NCBI GenBank assembly: GCA_964016885.1
Contig: OZ024758.1
Location: 5,022,001 to 5,086,000, forward strand
Direction of reading: 5' to 3'
DNA: 64,000 nucleotides
Source: Eledone cirrhosa
Lineage: Eukaryota
Position 1 is the first letter of the stretch. The number at the start of each line of letters is the position of its first letter. The notes under the pieces are model-generated. The model was not told where the DNA came from and ran no database searches. It saw only the letters and a list, made by a program, of their open reading frames with translations. Positions 13,600 to 27,539 of this stretch are shown here, in pieces. The position numbers and the translations under genes are program-made.

Positions 13600-13842
13600 C
13601 TGGCGAAGGGCTTGCGACCTGTCCTGGGAGGCGCGGGGTGGACGAACAAAGATTGCGTATCCCTAGATGCCAAAGAACCAGATCAGTTGGAGACGGTTGC
13701 TTCGGGCAGGACTCACTGGAAGGAGTGTTTGAGGACTCTGCCCCCACTACCCTTTCGGGAATAAGTGTGAAAAGAAGGCATGTCTGAAGAAGAAGAAGAA
13801 GAAGAAGAAGAAGAAGAAGAAGAAGAAGAAGAAGAAGAAGAA
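13600..13842 (+). mobile_element. RTE-clade LINE extreme 3' end with (GAA)n tail
   Basis: GATCAGTTGGAGACGGTTGCTT..GAAGGAGTGTTTGAGGACTCTGC matches 20598-20660; ends in (GAA)n. Confidence 0.7.
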
Positions 13843-14658
13843 AATGGGATGTTTATTGTTATCTTACCACTAAATATTGGTAAGCTCATTCAGAGAGGAT
13901 TTGAGCCTAAGCAACAACAACAATAACAACAGAAGCTCTACCTCCGTCTAGAAATGTCTTGCTCCAGCAATGGAATCTGACACACGTATATGCTCGAACA
14001 TATTTTATTGATCTTCGTGATGAAAATCGACATTAATCGTGTAAACGAACGAAATTAAACTGCGCAAGATATTTACTTCTCTACACAATTACTCCTGCCA
14101 ACTAGGTCAAACTAACAAAGATATATTAAATTTTTAGATCGATCCGTCGTTTATTTGGTAAGAAAGCTTGTGTTGGATCTGCGTCGTTTCTGTTCTGACG
14201 ACGATGATTATTTGAACAATGGAAGAGCTTGTTCGTGACGTTAACCGAGAAATAGCGGAGAATTCCGCTAACATGTGTATTTTTAACGTTATATTCAGAG
14301 AAATTTTGTGTGTGACACATGATGTAAAAATGTTGAGCCCTTGACGTGTAATGAATCGTTCTTCGTCTCTAACCTTTTATTTCTTAAAATTGTGTCTATA
14401 AACATACCCCCTCTCATGTTTGTATGTTTACAGCATCAGATTCATTAACCAAATAATTTGTTATAGTAACAATGCTGTTATGAAAACATTCTGACCGTGT
14501 TTAGCATATTTAATATAGACAGTATTCTGAAAGGAAAAATATTCAAGTGTAAAATTGGAAAATTTATTAAATATTAACCTAATTAATGCTTAGAAAATAG
14601 AATTAATTCCAGCGTGATTAGTTCGTTTTATAATTATCAATTAGGGATCACTCTAGTA

Positions 14659-15211
14659 CAGATGTTCAGGGGGGGGGGGGCTTGTGAAGGCCCAACTGGT
14701 TGTGGGGCGGTAGATATGATATAATAGTATATTAAATATCAAATGATACATATTATACATATAAATATAGTAAAATACGGCTCTTTCTACACTTGCCCTT
14801 ACATCTCTCTCTCATTACCACCTCTTACATCTCTCTCTCATTACCACCTGATTTTGTTACCCGGAGATTTACCCATCTGCATTGTTGAGGCTTCCAAAAC
14901 GACTATTTAAAAAAAAAATGTATTTATTTATACATAGTATATATTATATTTGTTTCTACTTTTGGTACAAAGCCAGCAATCATCCCAGTGTATTACAGGT
15001 ACTTTGTTTTATCGACCCCGTAAGGATGAAAGGCAAAGTTAACTTCGGCGGGATTTTAACTCAGACCGTAAAGGGCCGTAACGATTTTATTTATTATATA
15101 TTAATTACAATTTGCGTGTAGACAGGTCTCTCTGGAAATAGGGTTAGGGGTCACTGATGGTATTACGTAGCCATGAGGGGTTGGGGTGGCCCAAAGGTTT
15201 AAGAACCTTTG
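14659..15211. mobile_element. hAT MITE with nested SINE (14950-15082, -)
   Basis: Identical 8-bp TSD CTCTAGTA at 14651-14658 and 15212-15219; imperfect termini CAGATGTTC / GAACCTTTG; related fragment at 54837-54990. Confidence 0.7.
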
Positions 15212-15909
15212 CTCTAGTATATTACGTAAAAATATGTTTTCAATATCTATTTATTGGCAATATGGTTGTTAATATAATAACGGTTATAAGAATTCTGAAT
15301 TTAACTTAGCAACGTAATTTTGTTTTCGTTGGATCACAAACCAATTATGCAAAAGTTCTGAGAATCTTATACGAACGACATATGATAATTTCTTGTCGCA
15401 GATTCTAAAGAGGTTTGAATAGAACATAAATCACACTCTTTTGTATAAACAAGTTGTATTAATAATAGACCAGCTCAAATTATAACTTACCTTCAAATTG
15501 TCTAAAAACCAAATAAATTCTTCTCTATGTGAAGTTGGGTGTTTTTTCTCCTTTCATTTATAAAATAGTTATAGCGTTATTAGCAATATATGATTGGCTT
15601 TCATTTTTACAGGATACTTTATATCTATAAATTATGTTTTTCCTAAGACATTCACCTTCTAGTGGGAAATTATAAAGGACCCAATAATTACACGTTGCTC
15701 AAGAGGATCTATTTTCGTGTCGTTAGTAGATGTCCCAGATTATCATGCTGGCATGATTTAGTATGGGCGGAAAGTCCAACATTATTAGTGTTATTATAAA
15801 CTAGACTTATCGGTTTAGTTATTATATTTACCTTAGCTATAGAATTTCTAGATATATCTTTTCCTGTATTAGAAATATGGGTGTATATTTTCATTTACAC
15901 CTCTTTCTT

Positions 15910-16120
15910 ACCGTTCATCATGGCGGCGACGGTCGAATATTTCAGAAAAAGTCTCTCCATAATTCATGATTTTCCCATTTCTCCTGGCAACTACTCCTAC
16001 TGAAGATTGTATCGTCTGAGAGTTGATCGATGAAGGTTCGACCAGGTCTTCTTATTGAGATAGTTCCCACAATAGTAACTTATGTATAACTTCCTGCAGA
16101 TTTCTCCAGCAATGTCCTAT
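15910..16120 (-). mobile_element. RTE/RTE-X-type LINE 3' end, decayed
   Basis: Minus-strand pieces translate GHCWRNLQEVIHKLLLWE and RTFIDQLSDDT...ELWRD, as in RTE-X C-termini; frameshifted. Confidence 0.6.
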
Positions 16121-16143
16121 AAATCGTTACTAAAAGCTATATA

Positions 16144-16313
16144 TAATTGTTTCTACTTTTGGCACAAGGCCAGCAATTACCCCCAGTGCATTACTGGTAC
16201 TTTATTTTATCGACCCCGTAAGGATGAAAGGCAAAGTTGACCGTAAAGGGACGTAACTCTATGCTGCAAAGCATGGCGTCCGACCCTCTACCAATACTGC
16301 CAATCCACTGCCC
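16144..16313 (-). mobile_element. main-family SINE with TSD
   Basis: Internal deletion of the B box; flanked by direct repeat CTAAAAGCTATATATAAT. Confidence 0.9.
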
Positions 16314-16888
16314 TAAAAGCTATATATAATGTTGAATAGAAAAAACACCCTAACTGTATTTTTTCTTTATTACTCTATGATATTTGTATGACGGTGGGAT
16401 ATTTTTCTTCATAATCACAAATAGTAGTTTGTGTATGTTGGACAAAACCTACGTTTCGAAAGGACCCTTACACCAGGTAGTGTTTTACCTTCTTGTTCTT
16501 TTCTTAGGGACTGGGTTGCACGAAGGTTCTTAGTATATCTTGTTTCACAGGGCGACCACGAAAACACCCCGAGCTTGATTAACGTATTGATGTTTGCCTA
16601 GTAACAAAAGTGGCACACATCGAGTGACTGTCAACCAACACCCATCAAACTTAGTTTATGCAACTGTAGCCACCAATATTGTAAGAATATTCATTTAAGT
16701 TTTCATATTATAATTATTTGAAATCAAGGAGTGTTTTTCTGGTCACCCTGATTTATTCCCTTACATATTATTGTAGCTTGGGCTTAAGGCTTAATTTATT
16801 TGGTATTATAGGAGATATTTTATTAATTTCTATTCCTCGGTTTCATTCCTTCGTATATTCTATGTTGTCGTTATTTAAATGTCCATAG

Positions 16889-17082
16889 ATGGTCGGACGC
16901 CATGCTTTGCAGCATAGAGTTACGGCCCTTTATGATATGATTTCAAATCCCACCGAGGTTAACTTTGCCTTTCATCCTTACGGGGTTGATAAAATAAAGT
17001 ACCAGTTACGCACTGAGGTCGATTTAATCGACTTTCCCCTCCCTCAAAATTGCTGTCCTTGTGCCTATATAAGCAACCATTA
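16889..17082 (+). mobile_element. main-family SINE (longer-tail variant) with TSD
   Basis: Contains GGTCGATTTAATCGACTTTCCCCTCCC segment; flanked by TTATTTAAATGTCCATA repeats. Confidence 0.9.
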
Positions 17083-17416
17083 TTTAAATGTCCATATCTA
17101 ATTTAAAGTAGGTCTCTACTTCCAGATCCAACGTTACGCTAAACGCCCTGGACTAAATAGCGACAAACAGACAAACATGGTTCAATCCCGTGTTTCTGTA
17201 TCGTCTCGTCAGAGTTCGAACTATATTACGGATATATTACCGAGATTGTTGCCCCTGGAAAGTAGGTGATTCTTTTCTCTGTTGTCTGACCTTACGTATG
17301 CCTTGTTGATATATATACTCGTGAAAAGCGAAATAAGCATAAAAAATGTTAATGAAAGTCAAAATTCAATCCCAAAAAGAGGAAATTGGAACATTATCCA
17401 CTTAAAGTTTCTTAAA

Positions 17417-17452
17417 CCCTGAAGAAAGGACTTTTAGGTACCGAAATATTGG
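17417..17452 (+). ncRNA. degenerate minimal hammerhead motif in a Penelope-like terminus
   Basis: CC CTGAAGA AA GGAC ttttag GTACC GAAATATT GG; palindromic AATATT stem III; (TA)n tracts downstream. Confidence 0.5.
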
Positions 17453-17745
17453 ACAGAAAAAAAGAACAACAAAACAAAACAAAGATTACCAGGTAACTTA
17501 CTTTTCCTTACCTCATCTTACAGTCCATTTTCTATCTCTTTTAATGTCCAGTTAATGTGCAGTTAAAGGCATTCCTCATTTTAAGCAAACAAACCAACCT
17601 GCGTACTTCGTTGAGTGTTCCTACCTGCGTACTGAGATGTCGGTAAACAACCAACACGTACTCAAAATTTATATATATATATATAGTGAGTGTGTTTTGT
17701 TATTATTTCTGGCAGTATTATAACAATATGACCCTCCTAAAGTAT

Positions 17746-17800
<55 letters not shown>

Positions 17801-17958
17801 TGTATGTAAAAGGTAATGAACTAATATAACTGTAAAATTATCTTCTGCATTTTGTTTGTTTTATTAACTATATATATATATATATATATCACAGAAGTGA
17901 ACCTAAACATTGAGTGCTCTCCCGGGTGAACCTGCAGTAACTCCTAGTTACACCCCCT

Positions 17959-18012
<54 letters not shown>

Positions 18013-18995
18013 TGTGTATTTTAATCTTCCATTCGAAGTATTTTACTGTTTTGTTTTATTGTTTCCGCATGAAACTGACAGACATTAAAGCTGGCTAAAT
18101 AGAATTAATAAAATTAGCAAATCTGTTGTGAAAAATTCGAGATTTAAACTGTATTAAATGTTAATAAATTAATGTTTTAAGTTGTGAGCTGCATGGAATT
18201 ATCTGGAAAAAGCCAGTAAGGTGAGAGAAAACGATGTGTTTATGCATTTAAAATTCCCGGTAGGAGGAAGGAAGAAAAATGAAATCTTGTGGATATAAAT
18301 AATATAGTATAAGAAAAAGTGAGATTAACTGAGTTACAAACAAAAAATGGCCGTTGTCATCTTTGTTGTTTTTTCTTGGCATTTTCTTATTTATTCCATG
18401 TGCAATGAAGAGAGGTTATAAACGACCGCCTTTCTGCCATTTAACATATGAGATATATTAATAATGATTAAGGTCTTATTCGCAGTCATTTGATCACTTT
18501 GAAAATAATTGTTGTTTTATTGAATCTGGGGAAAACTGAAATCCAAAGAAGTGGTAGTGGTGGTGGGGTTTAATACCCCCCCCCCCCCCCCCAAAAAAAA
18601 ATGTAATGTAATTTGATATTTCAGAAAACGATTTTATATCATTACTGAAAAGAAAAGATAAAAAAAACTCAATGGAATAATTTACGTTATACAAGTTTCT
18701 CCCACGAAATTCCAAAGTCATTATAGTTTTGGATTTAATGTTCAATTTGATAATGTTATACAGTTGTGAAATGTATCATTTTATTTCATTACTATTTATG
18801 ATAATACATTAGGTGATGGACAACATCGTCGTCATCGTTGTTAATATCAGGTAGATCTTTCTCAGTTACACATGTTTCGTAATTTCAGATCGATCTGCAA
18901 TTTATCTGTGTACGATTGATAATTCAGAGGAAATTCGTGAGATATATTGGAAACTGTTGCCTTAGACGAAGACCCCAAGCCCACCTCTGTGTGTG

Positions 18996-19032
<37 letters not shown>

Positions 19033-19065
19033 AAAGGAAGGTGTGGTAAGATACCAGGTGGACCA

Positions 19066-19364
19066 TAGTTAACCTCGGTGGGATTTGGACTCAGAATGGC
19101 AAGGGCCGTAACTCTATGCGTCAAAGTATGGCGTCCGACCCTCTACCGATACTGCAAATCTAACGCCCTTCCAATCAGATATAATTGTTTCTACTTTTGG
19201 CACAAGGCCAGCAATTACCCCAGTGCATTACTGGTACTTTATTTTATCGACCCCGTCAGGATGAAAGGGAAAGTTAACCTCGGTGGGATTTGAACACAGA
19301 ACGAAAAGGGCCATAACTCTATGCTCCAAAGCATGACGTCTGACGCTCTACCGATACTGCCAAT
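19066..19364 (-). mobile_element. two tandem main-family SINEs
   Basis: Head-only copy 19066-19170 and full copy 19182-19364. Confidence 0.85.
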
Positions 19365-19387
19365 CAAATATAATTATAGATAACATG

Positions 19388-19745
19388 TGCGAGGGTTGCC
19401 TGAAAATATCGTAGGCTGAAAACTTCATAGGCTGACCAAGATATTCTCATGGAATGACCAAATGAGGTTTATTTTTCAACATAGTCCCTGAAAAGAAACA
19501 ATGCAGTTATTAATAAGAGTTGAAATTAATACATGCAAGATTTCACAGCCCTAGCATCACTCCTTCATAGGCTGACTAAGATACTCTCATGGAATGATCA
19601 AATGAGGTTTATTTTTCAACATAGTCCCGAGAAAGAAACATTGCAATTGTTAACAAGCAGAGTTGAAATTAATGCATGCAAGATTTCACAGCTCTAGCAT
19701 CACTCCTTCATAGTCAGTCTACGAACCCTTAAGTTGACCTTCATA
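19388..19745. mobile_element. mariner-like MITE with internally duplicated body
   Basis: Starts TGCGAGGG..TGAAAA, ends TTGACCTTCATA; the ~140-bp body occurs twice head-to-tail. Confidence 0.75.
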
Positions 19746-19779
19746 TAATACAATTTGGCTGTTATTTCAAGCAAGTGGG

Positions 19780-19966
19780 GGGTGGATTGGCAGTATCGGT
19801 AGAGAGTCGGACGCCATGCTTTCCAGCATAGTTACGTCCCTTTACGATCTGAGTTCAAATCCCGCCGAGGTTGACTTTGCCTTTCATCCTTACGGGGTCG
19901 ATAAAATAAAGTACCAGTAATGAACTGGGTAATTGCTGGCCTTGTGCCTAAAGTAGAAACAGTTAT
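19780..19966 (+). mobile_element. main-family SINE, full length with TSD
   Basis: A and B boxes intact; flanked by GTTATTTCAAGCAAGTGG repeats. Confidence 0.92.
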
Positions 19967-20299
19967 TTCAAGCAAGTGGAGCCAATATGTTAAGACCCAG
20001 TATTGAGGTAATATTAAATGAGCATGATGATATTTGCAATAATTTAACTAAACAGTCGATAATTTATCTCATATTGGTTCAGCAGTTTTGTTCACTGTTT
20101 CAACTTTCATGCATAGAAATCCTTCATCTTGCCAATAACAATCTGCCCGAAGTCTCTCATATTAAATTCTTAATATTCGAATTAAAACCTCTGTGCAAAA
20201 TTCTGTCATTTTATGAATAATAAACATGATTGTTTGTTTAAGCTAATAGTGAAATAGCTCTCAAATAAAACCCTATTGTTCACATAGAATAATGGCTAC

Positions 20300-20698
20300 A
20301 TTGGAAAGAAAATAGAAGTGGCCGAAATGGGATTCCTTCGAACGGTCTTTGGAGTAAAGTTACTCGAAAAAGTGTGAAACTCAGAGATGAGAGAGTCACT
20401 CCAGGTAGAGCCACTACTTGTCCGAATTGAGAGATCCCAGCGCCGATACTATGGACATGTGGTTGGAATGTCTCAGGAAAGAATCACTCAACAGATTTAT
20501 GGGCAAAACCAACTGGCAGGAGATCCGGGAGTAAACCCGAACATGATGGTTGGATAATATCCATGGGCTTGACTGGTCACGCTTGAGGATCCAGCTGGAT
20601 CAGTTGGAGACAGTTGCTTTTGATAGGACCCACCAGAAGGAGTGTTTGAGGACTTTGCTCCCTCATCTCTCTCAGCAATAAGGGGAAGAAGAAAAGAG
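20300..20698 (+). mobile_element. RTE-clade (Expander/Rex3-like) LINE 3' end, decayed
   Basis: Translates AEMGFLRTVFGVKLLEKV*NSEMRESLQVEPLLVRIERSQRRYYGHV...WLDNIHGLDWSRL; GAA-rich tail. Confidence 0.85.
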
Positions 20699-20843
20699 AA
20701 TAATGTAGAACACATTCGATCATATCTCTGATCAAGGGGCTAAATATTATGAATATTGTTTTCTAGCTTCAGTTCAGTGTGGTTAAGTAGAACTATGACA
20801 CAGTCTGCATATTGACTCACTACATGCAATCCCTGTATTGACA

Positions 20844-21022
20844 CAGACCTGTCAACTCTCTCTGATCGACGGGGAAATCTCCCACCCACTTTGGGGTGGG
20901 TGAGAGATGTCTTCTCTTGTGAAAATGGCTATAGCTTTCATTCTACAAAATCTCCCCATTTTGCCTCATTTCTCCCCCTTTTGGGGCACTTTTTTCATGG
21001 TACTCCCCGTTTGGGTTTTTAG
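20844..21022 (+). mobile_element. ~195-bp TIR element (hAT-like MITE), right end missing
   Basis: Starts CAGACCTGTCAAC; aligns along its length with the 35758 and 37738 copies. Confidence 0.75.
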
Positions 21023-21599
21023 CGATCTGTAGTCAGAGCCAGTGCACCAAATACACCTGTACCACAAATACACCTGTACCACAAGATGTTATTAGGTAGT
21101 GTCACATTGAAAATATTGTTTAATATTTCAACAAATAAAAAAGTTAATTATTTTCCCAAATCTTCCAAAATTCTCGATTATATTTTAAAACTAATCTCAG
21201 ATCCAAAGCAATCTATTTGTTGTTTAAAATAGGTTCATGAAAGAATTAGATATTTCTTTAGAATATTCCCAAGTGATTGGCACAGCAAGAAATAATTTAA
21301 TAGATTCAAATTCTTAATGATTTATGAATCATTTCAAAGGTTGATGTGAGTCTTTCAAACATTCTCAAAACTTCTTATAATTAAGACTTCTACGCATTTA
21401 CAACCACTCGCATTAACAAATACACATAAACAAGAATATAAATATATATACATAACCTTTGAGTTTTTTTAACATTTAATTATTTTACATCAAAGGCAAC
21501 AAATTAAATAATATTCCAGCTCGCTCTTAAAATATATAGATTAATTTGAAATGGAAGATTGTGACATAGAGAGACATAATTTGATCCTGCATACCCACA

Positions 21600-21644
21600 C
21601 ATGTACACAGATACACACGCACACACAGGCCACACATACAGATT

Positions 21645-21675
<31 letters not shown>

Positions 21676-21946
21676 ACACAGATACCACACACACGCAACC
21701 CCCACACATACAGACCACACACATACATACAGATCACACACACACACACACACACAAAGAGACCACAAACACACAGAGACCACAAACACACACACAGACC
21801 ACAAACACACACACAGACCACAAACACACACACAGACCACAAACACACACAGAGACCACAAACACACACAGACCACAAACACACACATAACACACACATA
21901 GACCACACACACAGACTACACACACAAATATCATACACACACACAC
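21600..21946. repeat. CA-rich compound repeat (CACACAGACCACAAA units)
   Basis: Recurring AGACCACAAACACACAC. Confidence 0.9.
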
Positions 21947-22084
21947 TTGTATGTGTTTGTATGTATATATATATATGTATGTATATGTATATATGTAAGT
22001 CTATGTATGTGTGATATTATTTTTCAGACAGTAATACTAACAAAATATATCGAAGTCAATACACATGGTAAATATGTAGTTTTA

Positions 22085-22266
22085 TGGATTGGCAGTATCA
22101 GTAGAGGGTCGGACGCCATGCTTTAAAGCATAGTTACGTCCCTTTACGGTCTGAGTTCAAATCCCGTCGAGGTTGACTTTGCCTTTCATCCTTATGGGAT
22201 CGATAAAATAAAGTACCAGTAATGCACTGGGTAATTGCTGGCCTTGTGTCTAAAGTAGAAACAATT

Positions 22267-22275
<9 letters not shown>
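22085..22275 (+). mobile_element. main-family SINE with (ATT)n tail
   Basis: Full head, Nin-type domain and tail. Confidence 0.9.
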
Positions 22276-22313
<38 letters not shown>

Positions 22314-22560
22314 ATATATGAAATTTACGAGGTCGTTAAAATGATGTACCAGTGATGCACTTGGGTTGATTTGGTCGACTTTCTCCTTCTCTTCAAATTA
22401 CTGGCCTTGTGCTTAAATCAGAGACTATTATTTGAGATAGTCATGTATGTGTTTTTACATATATATATACTATATATATATGTGTGGACATTAATATATA
22501 TATATATATATACTATATATATATGTGTGGACAATATAGGCATATTACTAATATACACAG

Positions 22561-24050
22561 CTTAATGTCAACATATATATATATAGTATTGTTGACATTA
22601 AATATATATATATGACATCACTTTAATGTCAACATATATATATATAGTATTGTTGACATTAAATATATATATATGACATCACTTTAATGTCAATATATAT
22701 ATATATAGTATTGTTGACATTAAATATATATATATGACATCACTTTAATGTCAACATATATATATAGTATTGTTGACATTAAATATATATATATGACATC
22801 ACTTTAATGTCAACATAGATATATATAGTATTGTTGACATTAAATATATATATATGATATCACTTTAATGTCAACATATATATATATATAGTATTGTTGA
22901 CATTAAATATATATATATGACATCACTTTAATGTCAACATAGATATATATAGTATTGTTGACATTAAATATATATATATGACATCACTTTAATGTCAACA
23001 TAGATGTATATAGTATTGTTGACATTAAATATATATATATGATATCACTTTAATGTCAACATATATATATATATAGTATTGTTGACATTAAATATATATA
23101 TATGACATCACTTTAATGTCAACATAGATATATATAGTATTGTTGACATTAAATATATATATATGACATCACTTTAATGTCAACATATATATATATAGTA
23201 TTGTTGACATTAAATATATATATATGACATCACTTTAATGTCAACATAGATATATATAGTATTGTTGACATTAAATATATATATATGATATCACTTTAAT
23301 GTCAACATATATATATATAGTATTGTTGACATTAAATATATATATATGACATCACTTTAATGTCAACATAGATATATATAGTATTGTTGACATTAAATAT
23401 ATATATATGACATCACTTTAATGTCAACATAGATATATATAGTATTGTTGACATTAAATATATATATGATATCACTTTAATGTCAACATATATATATATA
23501 GTATTGTTGACATTAAATATATATATATGACATCACTTTAATGTCAACATAGATATATATAGTATTGTTGACATTAAATATATATATATGATATCACTTT
23601 AATGTCAACATAGATATATATAGTATTGTTGACATTAAATATATATATATGACATCACTTTAATGTCAACATAGATATATATAGTATTGTTGACATTAAA
23701 TATATATATGACATCACTTTAATGTCAACATATATATATATAGTAATGTTGACATTAAATATATATATATGACATCACTTTAATGTCAATATATATATAG
23801 TAATGTTGATATTAATATATATATATAAACACCTTAATATCAACATATATATATAATGTTGATATTAATTATATAGACAACTTCATGTCTACATATTATA
23901 ATGTTGATATTAATCATATAGACATCTTAATGTCAACATGTATATATAGTATAGTTGATATTAGTTATATAGATATCAGCTTAATATCAACATATATATA
24001 GTATTGTTGATATTTATATATAGACATCACCTTAATGTCAACATATATAT
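22561..24050. repeat. ~60-bp satellite with internally palindromic unit
   Basis: About 21 near-identical units CTTTAATGTCAACA(TA)nGTATTGTTGACATTAAA(TA)nTGACATCA to ~23800, then degenerate units. Confidence 0.95.
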
Positions 24051-24437
24051 AATTGTTTCTACATTTGGCACAAGGCCAGCAATTACCCAGTACATTACTG
24101 GTACTTTATTTTATCGACCCCAAAAGGATGAAAGGCAAAGTCAACCTCGGCGGGATTTGAACTCAGACCCTAAAGGACCGTAACTCTTTGCTACAAAGCA
24201 TGGCGTCCGACCCTCTACCGATACTGCCAATCCATCGCCCTCAACATGTATATAATGTTGACATTAATTATATAGATAAGTCTGACGCCATGCAGCAGAG
24301 TTACGGCCCTTTATGGTCTGAGTTCAAATCCCGCCGAGGTTAACTTTGCCTTTCATCCTTACGGGGTCGATAAAATAAAGTACCAGTAATGCACTGGAAC
24401 AATTGCTGGCCTTGTGCTAAAAGTAGCAACAATTATT
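24050..24437. mobile_element. inverted pair of main-family SINEs
   Basis: 24050-24240 (-) and 24279-24437 (+). Confidence 0.88.
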
Positions 24438-24799
24438 TTAATAAGCTAATAATTTTAAGCAATTAAAAAAAAACAGACGAAATATGACACCAGAGTATGT
24501 CTACAAACTGTGGGTGTATATTTTGTAGGTTTAAAATATTCATTTAATCATTTAAAATGGATATAGAGTAAGTGTTAAACATACTTTATATGGGAGGAAG
24601 AGACGACATCATTCTATTGTTGTATAATTTGAAACAGCTATAAAGTGAGATTAATGACCTTTTTATATCTATAAAATAATAGCATCAATTACGTTTGGAA
24701 GTTTAGTGATGTGAAATATAGAGATTAATGAGGGACATTGAGTAGAATATAACTTGTGTACAGCCACGGTTTTAATGATAATACAGATAGTAAATATTA

Positions 24800-24926
24800 A
24801 ATAGCTATATGTAGCTGTCGAAACGGTCGGAGCTCAGACGTCGAGGTTCTGACTCTTTTCTTATTACCTACTCTACTACCCTAAGTATTGAGTACTCTGA
24901 TGCGTTATCACCCACCTGGTTCCTTC

Positions 24927-24963
<37 letters not shown>

Positions 24964-25280
24964 GAAGACTAAAATCCAAAGAGGGCTCGATAAGGATAAA
25001 TATATATCAAATATATAAGGAGTTTCAGAAGATCCCGTTAAGGGTGAAAGCAGCGATTCTTTGCTTAAACTTTAATCTGTTATTTTAATATATATATATA
25101 TTGATCCTGGATTCAATCGGGGGTAACCACAGTAAGTGAGGTACTCAATACATAGCAGAGTAAATATTTATTTAATATAGAAATGGCTTATACAGGACTA
25201 GAACTGTTTCATTCTGGGTTTCCTAATTTCTCCCGAATGAAACAGTTCTAGTCATGTAGAAGCTATTTTTATATTATATA
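24800..25280. mobile_element. stack of three Penelope-like termini separated by (TA)n
   Basis: Family A 24800-24930, family B pieces 24958-25090, family C 25100-25275 (with inverted arms 25174-25213 / ~25235-25275); each family recurs elsewhere in TA tracts. Confidence 0.6.
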
Positions 25281-25368
25281 TATATATATATTTAAAGTGT
25301 AAAACTAATAATATAATTCTTCGTTGTACAGTGTCGTCGTTTGCTTTGTTTTTTTTTGTTTGCTTTTT

Positions 25369-25490
25369 TGCGAGGGTCAGATGAAAAGTTCATAGGCTGA
25401 CCAAGATACTCTCATGGAATGACCAAATGAAGTTTATTTTTCAACATAGTCCCTAGAAAGAAACAATGCAGTTATTAATAAGAAGAGTTC
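25369..25490. mobile_element. mariner-like MITE fragment
   Basis: TGCGAGGGTCAGATGAAAAGTTCATAGGCTGACCAAG. Confidence 0.7.
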
Positions 25491-26309
25491 GAACGATTAT
25501 TCATCCTTTTAATGAGATATATTTTAACATTTCTGCCTCTGTGTAATTGAAAGGAATGGAATTGTTCATATATTTATTGATTATATTTATTACATTTTAT
25601 ATGTTCAGATGTGGATATTCTAGCATATTGCTTTTAATACGGAAAACCTTCAGTTTCGTTTAAAGATTTATAATTCCTCGTATGCAGCTTCGTGTAAGCT
25701 GCCAAACACTGCTGTTAACAAACGGTCTGCAGGGTTTTGAAATAAACAGAATGGATGTGAAGGAAATATACTAATGTTTTCAATACGGAATGACGAACAT
25801 ACCAATGAGGAATAAATAAAGTTTCAGAGTTACCGAGAAATATTTTACAGAATATTGAAATTTATAAATGACCTCCAAAAGGAATGTCTCATATTGTAGG
25901 TATTTGATTTCTGATCACGACTGCCAAACAAATTCTAATTAGCGCAAATTCATAGCTAGCCAAATAGAGAGAGAGAGAGAGGGGGGGGAGAGAGAGAGTG
26001 AGAGTGAGTGAGTGAGTGAGTGTGTGAGTGAGTGTGTGAGTGAGTGAGTGAGTGAGTGAGTGAGTGAGTGTGTGAGTGAGTGTGTGAGTGTGTGAGTGAG
26101 TGAGTGAGTGAGTGAGTTTTGAAAGTGTCAGTGAAGGTTAAATTATTTCTGAAAAAAAACGAATTTTGTGAATCCTTCTTCCCAGGAGTTCTGAAATAAC
26201 ACAACGACCGTTGCCACCGCCACCATCACCACCACCCTTACCACTACCACAACCACCAGCAATATTAGCACAACCACCGCTACCACCAGCAACATTACCA
26301 CCACTACCG

Positions 26310-26480
26310 GCTCTCTGCTCTCTGAGTTCAAATCCTGCCGAGGTCAACTTTGCCTTTCATCCATTCGAAGTCGATAAAAAAGTACCAGTCTAATACTGGG
26401 GTTGATTCTTCCTCTATATCTCTTCCTCATTCCCTCTCTCTCACTTTATATCTTTCACTGGAAGAAATCTGCTGTACTCT
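26310..26480 (+). mobile_element. SINE, alternative-tail subfamily, partial
   Basis: B box and Nin-type domain followed by GATTCTTCCTCT..CTGGAAGAAATCTGCTGTACT as at 40424-40765. Confidence 0.8.
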
Positions 26481-26492
26481 GCTGAACAGCTG

Positions 26493-26562
26493 ATCTCCGG
26501 CCGTTTCGACTAGCTGTCGAAACGGCCAGAGCTCAGCCGTCGGGGTCCTGACTCCTTTCCTA
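26493..26562 (+). mobile_element. Penelope-like family A terminus, short fold-back
   Basis: GGCCGTTTCGAC tagct GTCGAAACGGCC palindrome, then GAGCTCAGCCGTCGGGGTC, abutting (GATA)n. Confidence 0.55.
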
Positions 26563-27328
26563 GATAGATAGATAGATAGATAGATAGCCGTTGGGTTTAT
26601 TTGGCGGAGTCCACTTTCTTTCAAGCATTTGAGCCAGGTTTCTTTCCGATGTAGCAATTAACTTCGTCCCTACCTACCTCCAACCAGACCTGGATCCATA
26701 TAAAATGTCGTATCCACATATATCTAACGTAGATAAAATACACAACAGACATCGCTAACATATTGACTGTTTTATTTTTATTTTGGTCTTTTATTTTCCA
26801 TTACGATATTCATGACATCTTCCGCATCTCTTCTCTCTTGGATTAATTGATTTAAAAACAAACAAAAAACTGTTACATAGACAATATATCTGACAGGGAC
26901 AACACTGTTTATATAGTTATTTTCTCTTTAAACCAATAAATTATACAACTCTGCTCTTCTATCTGTAGAACGATGTTAGAGTGTATTATATCTGAATCAA
27001 ATTTCTACGATGTTTCTCTTGCGTTTTAGTTTCATAATTTACGAGGTAAGATTCTAGTCAGGTTTTGTCGAAAGCCAACTTTTATCAGCTTTTATTATGT
27101 TTTAAATATGATCTACTTTTTTATGTCTAAGAAATTATTGATTATTATTGAACAGTATTTTTTTTGGAGGGGGGGGGGGACGTTTTTGCGTTTTTACTCT
27201 CGAATATTTCTCTGTAATAAATCCGCGTGATACCCTGGAGATAAGCACACACTTACACACACTTACACACACATACAAACAAGCAGATAAACACACACAT
27301 ACGCGCACACACATATACACATAGATAT

Positions 27329-27400
<72 letters not shown>

Positions 27401-27539
27401 GCACACTGAAGGATAGCCTACATTCATACACACACACACACACACACACATACATAATTATACACACACATACACATAAGCACACTGAAGGACAGCGTGC
27501 ATTCATGCACACGCACACACACCTACACTCCCCTACACA

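Noticed and set aside
14140-14345. CpG-richer stretch with short ORF MEELVRDVNREIAE...
   Set aside because: No recognisable domain, termini or promoter motif; cannot be supported.
17126-17265. Possible plus-strand exon (IQRYAKRPGLNSDKQ...)
   Set aside because: Acceptor-like and donor-like sites exist, but the peptide is unrecognised and there are no partner exons; too weak to call.
19780-19870. tRNA gene
   Set aside because: A and B boxes are present but this is the SINE head; no intact cloverleaf.
22561-23800. CRISPR-like array of palindromic repeats
   Set aside because: Intervening sequences are near-identical TA tracts, not unique spacers; eukaryotic context and no cas genes.
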